64,000 bases of DNA from Eukaryota sp. TZLM1-RC (taxonomy: Eukaryota > Protista > Metamonada: BaSk clade). The position numbers and the translations under genes are program-made. Shown here in pieces: positions 58,801-64,000 of this stretch. The DNA is taken from assembly GCA_040285825.1 (NCBI GenBank), contig JAUPSS010000002.1:992001-1056000 (forward strand), given 5' to 3'. Under the pieces are notes generated by a model, which did no database searches, was not told the origin of the DNA, and saw only the letters and a program-made list of their open reading frames with translations. Within the stretch, counting starts at the first letter, position 1. Every line of letters begins with the position of its first letter.

Positions 58801-59520
58801 TGTATCCAAGTGGTCTTTTGGACAATTCTTATTGTATTTGTAACAAAAAACCTACTGCCAATTTCCGTCATATTGTGAGTTGTAAGAAATTTCTCCAATA
58901 TAGGTCAGTTCTTCATAATGCCGTTCGTGATGTGACATATGAGATGTTCAAGTGTTACAATTTTAGTTGCAAAGTAGAACCTTTGTTGAAGCATTATAGT
59001 GATGATAATCTGTTTAATTCACGTCGAGGTGATTTAATTGCTCCTTTTGTGAATTCCTCTCAAGTTGTTGTTGATTTCACTACAGTTGATCCCTTTGCTT
59101 TTGTTTATCGCGATTATGTTTTACTTAGTACTAATGGTCATTTAAACAAGGCAGAAGATCGTAAGAGAGATAAATATACTGAGATATTAAATGATTTAAA
59201 TAAGAATCTTTACTCGAAGTTTTCGTTTGTTCCTTTTGCCTTTTCGATTTTTGGCAACATTGGACAATCCGCCGTGAATTTCATCAATGATTTTGGTAAT
59301 TTATGTCGTTCAAGTGGTAAGAATTTTGCAAGGAATTTATGGAAGAATCGTATCATTTTCGCTTTGTACAGAAGTGTTCCCAAGTACTTGAGTTTAATGA
59401 TGTCCAAACTTTATAAGGATTCATCAAGAGTTGGCGTGGAGAATTTAGTTTCTTATGTGTTTTAGTTTGTTTTGTTTTTATTTGATTCTTCGTAGAAAAT
59501 AGTTGTTAAAATAAATTAAA
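55890..59520 (+). mobile_element. near full-length CRE-clade non-LTR retrotransposon (family C)
   Basis: The 56483-56932 ORF has AT-hook SRGRPK, a CCHC knuckle CSLCKTVGHTKTTC and a further Cys cluster. It is separated from the RT-RLE ORF by a 1-nt shift at a T run. 5' boundary uncertain. Confidence 0.85.
56937..59465 (+). CDS. reverse transcriptase plus restriction-like endonuclease (CRE clade)
   Basis: SAGPSG, KPGGGVRPIAVGE, IDFKNAFNSV, GVKQGDPLGP, YADD, FLG, CICNK..HIVSC, HNAVRD, RRGDL, DFT, AEDRKRDKY. Confidence 0.92.
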   Translation: MSSHKKSKYKRSVQQSKNVKKRFESLILRSQYSSALKLLAGSSPAAFNDETLDSLNSLHPPEDFTINHIVSDNERVFFTANPITCDEVSVAIKGLPSGRSAGPSGLSYDHLKSAVTICPEIVDDLVFFFNSVIMGRFKLPQALTASRLVASSKPGGGVRPIAVGESIMRLLAIISFKRVKSSAINFFRPYQFAIGISDGTTCAALCTDLLFNQKGENYLLNIDFKNAFNSVFRSSILQELELHYPPLLPYFKLMYGSPSNLIFHSENIVSSRGVKQGDPLGPFFCLALQSVLVKFKSDFPNIHICAYADDLSLIGPLSLLQHGLQHFVFLSKQIGLDIKLPKCFIIGNQNAEVAFNETFINYVDYEEDAIRFLGSYFGNCEKVKSILSGILEKIEEQLLAIQDLEIDKHLAFSVLNVCFGSKINHLLRSLSPTISHDFTRQFNTLRTNFLGNLVEVCPSKILYHAFFSPKFGGVGFSEAEYLCKSAVNGGMKNFLFEWKLRFDHIPLNESHPLLISLENMVQELPVDVWNRSFPSSLPAVPSRSFTNLHPAVVKLQKSVLIGFEDLDFSKRLSVTKINNPVFAAFLSDIQNCTSLISQQPRPFGLHLTNEAWKQNMRLRLGMYPSGLLDNSYCICNKKPTANFRHIVSCKKFLQYRSVLHNAVRDVTYEMFKCYNFSCKVEPLLKHYSDDNLFNSRRGDLIAPFVNSSQVVVDFTTVDPFAFVYRDYVLLSTNGHLNKAEDRKRDKYTEILNDLNKNLYSKFSFVPFAFSIFGNIGQSAVNFINDFGNLCRSSGKNFARNLWKNRIIFALYRSVPKYLSLMMSKLYKDSSRVGVENLVSYVF

Positions 59521-60234
59521 TTTATTGTAATGTATTGTTATTGAATTAAAATTCTATAAATAAATAAACGAAACTATAAAAAATATGATGAACAGTAGAT
59601 CACTTTAGTTTTCTAATCAAACATTTCATCTACATTACATTTTCTTTTCCTTTCAGAGTGATGAAAACCATAATTTCCAAAGACATGTCTCGACTCAAGT
59701 TTCGCTTAAGTCGGGCGACTACATGAATTTGATGTTCGTTAAGGGAATTTCTATAGGGTAAGAACAGAAAAACCAAGACCATCCTTACATTTAGGTCAAT
59801 ACAATTATCCACATTGGCAAATGGAAATACTAAGGGCGTTACAAGCATCTACTGGGTATTGTTCGGATATTGGGTATCATTACAGTAACATAATAACAAC
59901 AAAGACTGCTGATGCGACTCCATCACTATTGTTGATTTCTTATCGGGAAGCTAACAAAGTTGTCTTTGCTCATTCTTTGAATCCATTTAAACAATAGAAA
60001 ATAAACCATTGATTTATTTAATACACAGTTAATTCTTCTAAAATAATAATACACAAAACTAACTCAATAACAACGCCGTTCCTGCAAGCCTCCACTTAGA
60101 AACTGGAGCTCTGGTACGAAGATAAAACGTCCAAACAAAAGTAGTGCAAAATTTGAATTATCACGTCAACTCTGATAATTCTTGCGATCAAAATGGAACG
60201 TGTTATTAATCTCTTCTCCAGACAGGTCTAAGTA

Positions 60235-61308
60235 ATGGAGCTCTTATCACTTCCAGGTCTGGCTTTTGTTATGCTCTCTATGTTTTGGGGACTGGCTTTT
60301 CTTGCGATCAGAGTATGCATAACTTATGAAGTTAACAACAGATTGCTGTTACTGAGGGTTTTTTACCAATTGCTTTTGTCAGTTTAAGACTTGCAATTGC
60401 TGGAGGTATCATGCTTCTTGTTTTTGGTGTATTAGTTTTGTCCAAGACTTTTAGGTTCAAAACTACACTTCCTAAATACTTCAAGCTGAAGATGTGCCTC
60501 ATGGCATTTTTCAACAACACAATTCCATTTGTCTCTGTGGCTGTGGCCAGCACCAAGGTCGACAGTGGTGTTACATCCATCCTGGATTCCGGAATTCCTA
60601 TTTTTGCCTCCTTGTTTGCCCCTCTTTTGCTTCAAAATGAGAGAATCACTAAAGCCAGGGTGTTTGGGATTACAACTGGATTTCTTGGAGTGATCTCTGT
60701 CTGTCTACATAAAGTCGTAGCAGACCACGTGGAAACTGTTTATATACCTGGATATTTACTTGTAACTTTGGCATGTGCGTCCTATGGGTTTGCCAGTGTT
60801 TTTGGAGTTAGATTCTTGAAAGGTGTACCTGGTCTTGTGGCAGTAACCACTCAATTATGTTTCTCCGCTGTGCAGTGTTTGTTAATTACTGGTTTATTTG
60901 AGCTTAAACTAAGTCCAATTGAATTGTACAAACTTCCTATAGAATTGTTGCAAATGATACAAAACTCCTCCACTAGTGCATTTTTCTCATTAATCTATGT
61001 GGCTGTTTTTGCTTCATGTTTTGCATATGGTTGTTATTTCTATCTCCTTGAAACTATTGGTGCAGTGAAACAATCTCTTGTCGGTTATTTGCTTCCTTTC
61101 TGTTTGTTATTCATGCTTTTAACTCATCCTAGGGGGTTTAACTGCTGGTATTATTGTGCAACATGAATGGGAGGATAAGCCTTTAGCATATAAGTTACTG
61201 GAAATTGTAGGTACTGTCTTGATTATTGGAGGGATTTTGATTGTGAACTCTGATAAAAAGAACAAGGGAAAACTAGTTGATGAACCATTACTTATCAATG
61301 AAGTTTAG
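60235..61308 (+). CDS. EamA/DMT-family transporter; introns 60313-60341 (29 nt) and 61102-61132 (31 nt)
   Basis: Spliced product MELLSLPGLAFVMLSMFWGLAFLAIR|IAV...PIAFVSLR...ERITKARVFG...GYLLPFW|GLTAG..HE...EIVGTVLIIGGILIV. Both GT-AG introns restore the frame. Confidence 0.85.
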
Positions 61309-61489
61309 TTTTAAATTATTAGTTTTCAATTACTTTAATTGAATAACTCGATTAGTAAAATCATTTCTCAGAAAGGACCTGATGGCAAAAGTAATCAAAT
61401 ATTGTTTATTGTAAGAGCGGCGTTTGACATAGTAGTTACAACGGTAACAAAAATTAGTACTACTATTATTATTTGTCATCTAGAAGTCA

Positions 61490-61710
61490 GTGGTTCAAGA
61501 AAAATCAATGAACAAATTTGATATATTTTTCATGGCGCTCTCGAATTCAATTTGCCATTCTTGATAGATTGCCCAGGTTTTTCAATCGAATTAGAGAAGC
61601 TTTAGCTAGACAGCAAGCAGATCAAGATTTTGTAGAGGAAATCTTGGTTCAATAAATTTCGTCCCATTAGTTATGATTTTATTCTGTCAAGTGTGTAAGT
61701 TTAATAAAAG
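61490..61710 (+). mobile_element. CRE family A terminal fragment
   Basis: Matches the last ~200 nt of family A, including the 3' UTR. Confidence 0.85.
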
Positions 61711-62439
61711 TCAATTTATATTTGCTATAAAAAATTAATATCCATGAAGCTGTCAATCCGAACAAAAACCCACCAACGGCCACAAAGACAATTTAAAAAT
61801 TTTTATTTGGATCGCGTTGGTTCATACAAGAATGCCATTTGGTCAACCTTCTTAAATTTTGACGCGACATGTTTCAACCAACCAGAACCAATTATGAATT
61901 TTATGGAATTGTACAAACAGGTGGTTATTCTATTTCATTGTTGTTCCAAAGAAAAGGTTACTGTGGGTAATACTTTTGGTTCCATTATTGACTTAAGTTA
62001 TTTTAAAACCAATATCTGTCAGTTTTATCTTGTGTTGAAACTGTCGTCAGCACAATAGTGTGCTGTGTAATAAAAATACAGTTTACAAAAAACAATAGTG
62101 TGTGGGTTAGAAACGATTCAAATAAATAAACACTGTGAATATCAACTGAGAACACTAATGTAAAATAAAGGAAAGTTTTTGACTAATTCGTCACAATTAC
62201 AATAATTATTTAATAATTATTTAATAATTTAAATTGATTTCCGGATTCATTTGAAATATAATTAATTCATTTAAATTCTCTAAATTATTGCATTCTGGCA
62301 ACACCACCAAATTCATCAAATGCCTGCATGAAACAATACTAACTTTACTAAAGAAGCATCTCATGTCGGGAGATGGTTGGACCTTTTCTTCCCAGCAAAA
62401 ATGGAAGGAATGGATTCCACTTTGCCAAATCTAACTCCA

Positions 62440-62480
62440 TGATGCTAAGTTCGATTGTCCTCGATGTCAGACCAACTGGT
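62440..62480 (+). pseudogene. tiny Fanzor Zn-finger fragment
   Basis: GCTAAGTTCGATTGTCCTCGATGTCAGACCAACTGGT (AKFDCPRCQTNW) matches 32992-33028. Confidence 0.6.
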
Positions 62481-62955
62481 TGTGAAATTCTCAAGTTTTG
62501 AAAACACCACATTTCTACTTCCACCAGGACAGGAGAAGAGGTGAGGGTGGAGTTGAACTCATGAAGAAGACTGTATTGAGTGGGAATTGTGGACAGAGTA
62601 GAAAGTAGGGAAGCAAGCATTTGTTTAGGTCTCATCGAAACAGAGAGGGAGAGAAGGGAGAATTGTTGAGATAGCTGAATGGGAAGAGGACAAGAGGTAA
62701 AGGAAGGAGAAGGAAACTGGAAAAAAATGGAGTTTAGACGGAGTAACAACGACCAGAACAGCTAGAGGGTAAATCGATCTGATGTTGATGACCACTAATA
62801 GCGATTCAGTGGATAGGCATTTGATACCACTATGGAAATATGCAATGAATTTGAAAAAAATTTGAAATTGCACTTAAACAACAAAAATTGATCGTGTATT
62901 TATGGGAATTTCCCATGAATAGTCCAGCAAATAATTTTTCTACATTTTTGGTTCA

Positions 62956-63879
62956 ATGCAACCAACCAGGGGATCTGCCTTTTCTAAATGGACTCCACCA
63001 TCAAAGCAAAACCGTCCTGAATCCTTTACACAGTCGCAAGAAGATGCGTCACTTGAAACTGGACCACTGTTTTCCAGTGAAGAAATGAGTCAGAGTCAGC
63101 TCTCCCCAGATGCTGTACCACCAATTTCCATATCACATCATGCTCAACCTCTTTTCAGTAGCAATGAAATGACACCTTCCTCTCTTCCACTGCACCACCC
63201 TCCACATCTACCACCACCCGGAATACACACAGCCCAAACAGTGCCTGTCAGCACAGTAGCTCCTATTCCTCCTCCACCTCAACCACCGGCAATGTCTCCA
63301 CCCCAACCACCTTCAATGCAGCCTTCCTCCAACAATGGTAACTTTCCCTCTTCGCTCATGCAACTTCACCAACAAATACCAAACTTGACCCATGTCAAGA
63401 TTACCACCCACCATGGTGCTGTAAACTATTACATGGACAAGTCCCTCACACTGGATGCCAATGTGGCAACTCTTGTGCGTCAACAAAACATCAAATGGAC
63501 AGATATTACTGAGATTCATTTCTATCACTACTCCACTGACAATCGTCCTTCTCAATACCAACCTCCAAAAAGCGATTCACTATCAACAAAACGTTCTCTA
63601 CCAGCAGCTGCTGTGGATGAGATGACCCGCTGGTACAATGAGCACATATCTTACCCTTACCCCACCGAACCACAAAAGAAAAGCTTTTGCAGACATGGCA
63701 TTACACTACAGCAAGTCAATTATTGGTTTTCTAACAGAAGGAGGCGTAGTGGAAGAGGCCAAGGTCATCAAGTGCATGAGGTAAGGGGTACAATACCACA
63801 GCAACCATTGAGTGGCATGGAAGAGGCTCATCCTTACCCTAATAGTAATAATAGTGAGGTTATTGATATGAATAGTTAA
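62956..63879 (+). CDS. TALE-class homeodomain protein with proline-rich N-terminus
   Basis: RSLP..AVDEMTRWYNEHISYPYPTEPQK...ITLQQVNYWFSNRRRR (PYP loop, WFxN). Confidence 0.88.
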   Translation: MQPTRGSAFSKWTPPSKQNRPESFTQSQEDASLETGPLFSSEEMSQSQLSPDAVPPISISHHAQPLFSSNEMTPSSLPLHHPPHLPPPGIHTAQTVPVSTVAPIPPPPQPPAMSPPQPPSMQPSSNNGNFPSSLMQLHQQIPNLTHVKITTHHGAVNYYMDKSLTLDANVATLVRQQNIKWTDITEIHFYHYSTDNRPSQYQPPKSDSLSTKRSLPAAAVDEMTRWYNEHISYPYPTEPQKKSFCRHGITLQQVNYWFSNRRRRSGRGQGHQVHEVRGTIPQQPLSGMEEAHPYPNSNNSEVIDMNS

Positions 63880-64000
63880 TATTTGCTGTAAGAAAAAAAT
63901 CTCACAGGTTTTAACAAAAAGAGATGGAATTATTTTATTTGATTGTACTATTAGATTTTAAAAATAAATCACTGTTGCATTTCCTCTTCTTCTGTTTCTT

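Noticed and set aside
59630-59990. Small minus-strand gene with several ~30-nt introns
   Set aside because: Candidate GT-AG pairs exist, but I could not build one consistent reading frame.
60193-60256. Extra first exon and intron for the EamA gene
   Set aside because: That splice puts the conserved FWG motif out of frame, and the ATG at 60235 needs no intron.

Overview
This is AT-rich, gene-dense DNA from a eukaryote, most likely a protist. Host genes are mostly intronless; the four introns I could resolve are 29-31 nt. Recognisable host genes: ULK4/RUNKEL-type pseudokinase, Ndc80, a WH2/proline-rich protein, ING-PHD, alpha-COP, an AAMP/Sqt1-like WD40 protein, an ARF GTPase, APRT, DUF789, SBP2, a RADX-like OB-fold protein, DYRK1, a triple zinc-ribbon protein, DeoC, Rab3GAP1-like, an EamA transporter and a TALE homeobox protein. 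Most long intergenic gaps hold mobile-element remains: at least seven Fanzor (eukaryotic TnpB-derived RNA-guided nuclease) loci of several subfamilies, at least four families of CRE-clade RT+RLE non-LTR retrotransposons (one near full length), a MULE nested in a retroelement, a hAT-type MITE with TIRs and an 8-bp TSD, a gypsy integrase remnant and an orphan 2A/StopGo motif. The best candidate for something new is a recurring head-to-head pairing of a minus-strand Fanzor with a plus-strand CRE element (three instances). One instance is near complete (53662-59520); in the other two both 5' halves are missing at the junction. A composite Fanzor-retrotransposon is a hypothesis only, because chance adjacency in TE-dense DNA is not excluded. 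All family calls come from motif recognition by eye, not database searches, and boundaries of degenerate elements are approximate.
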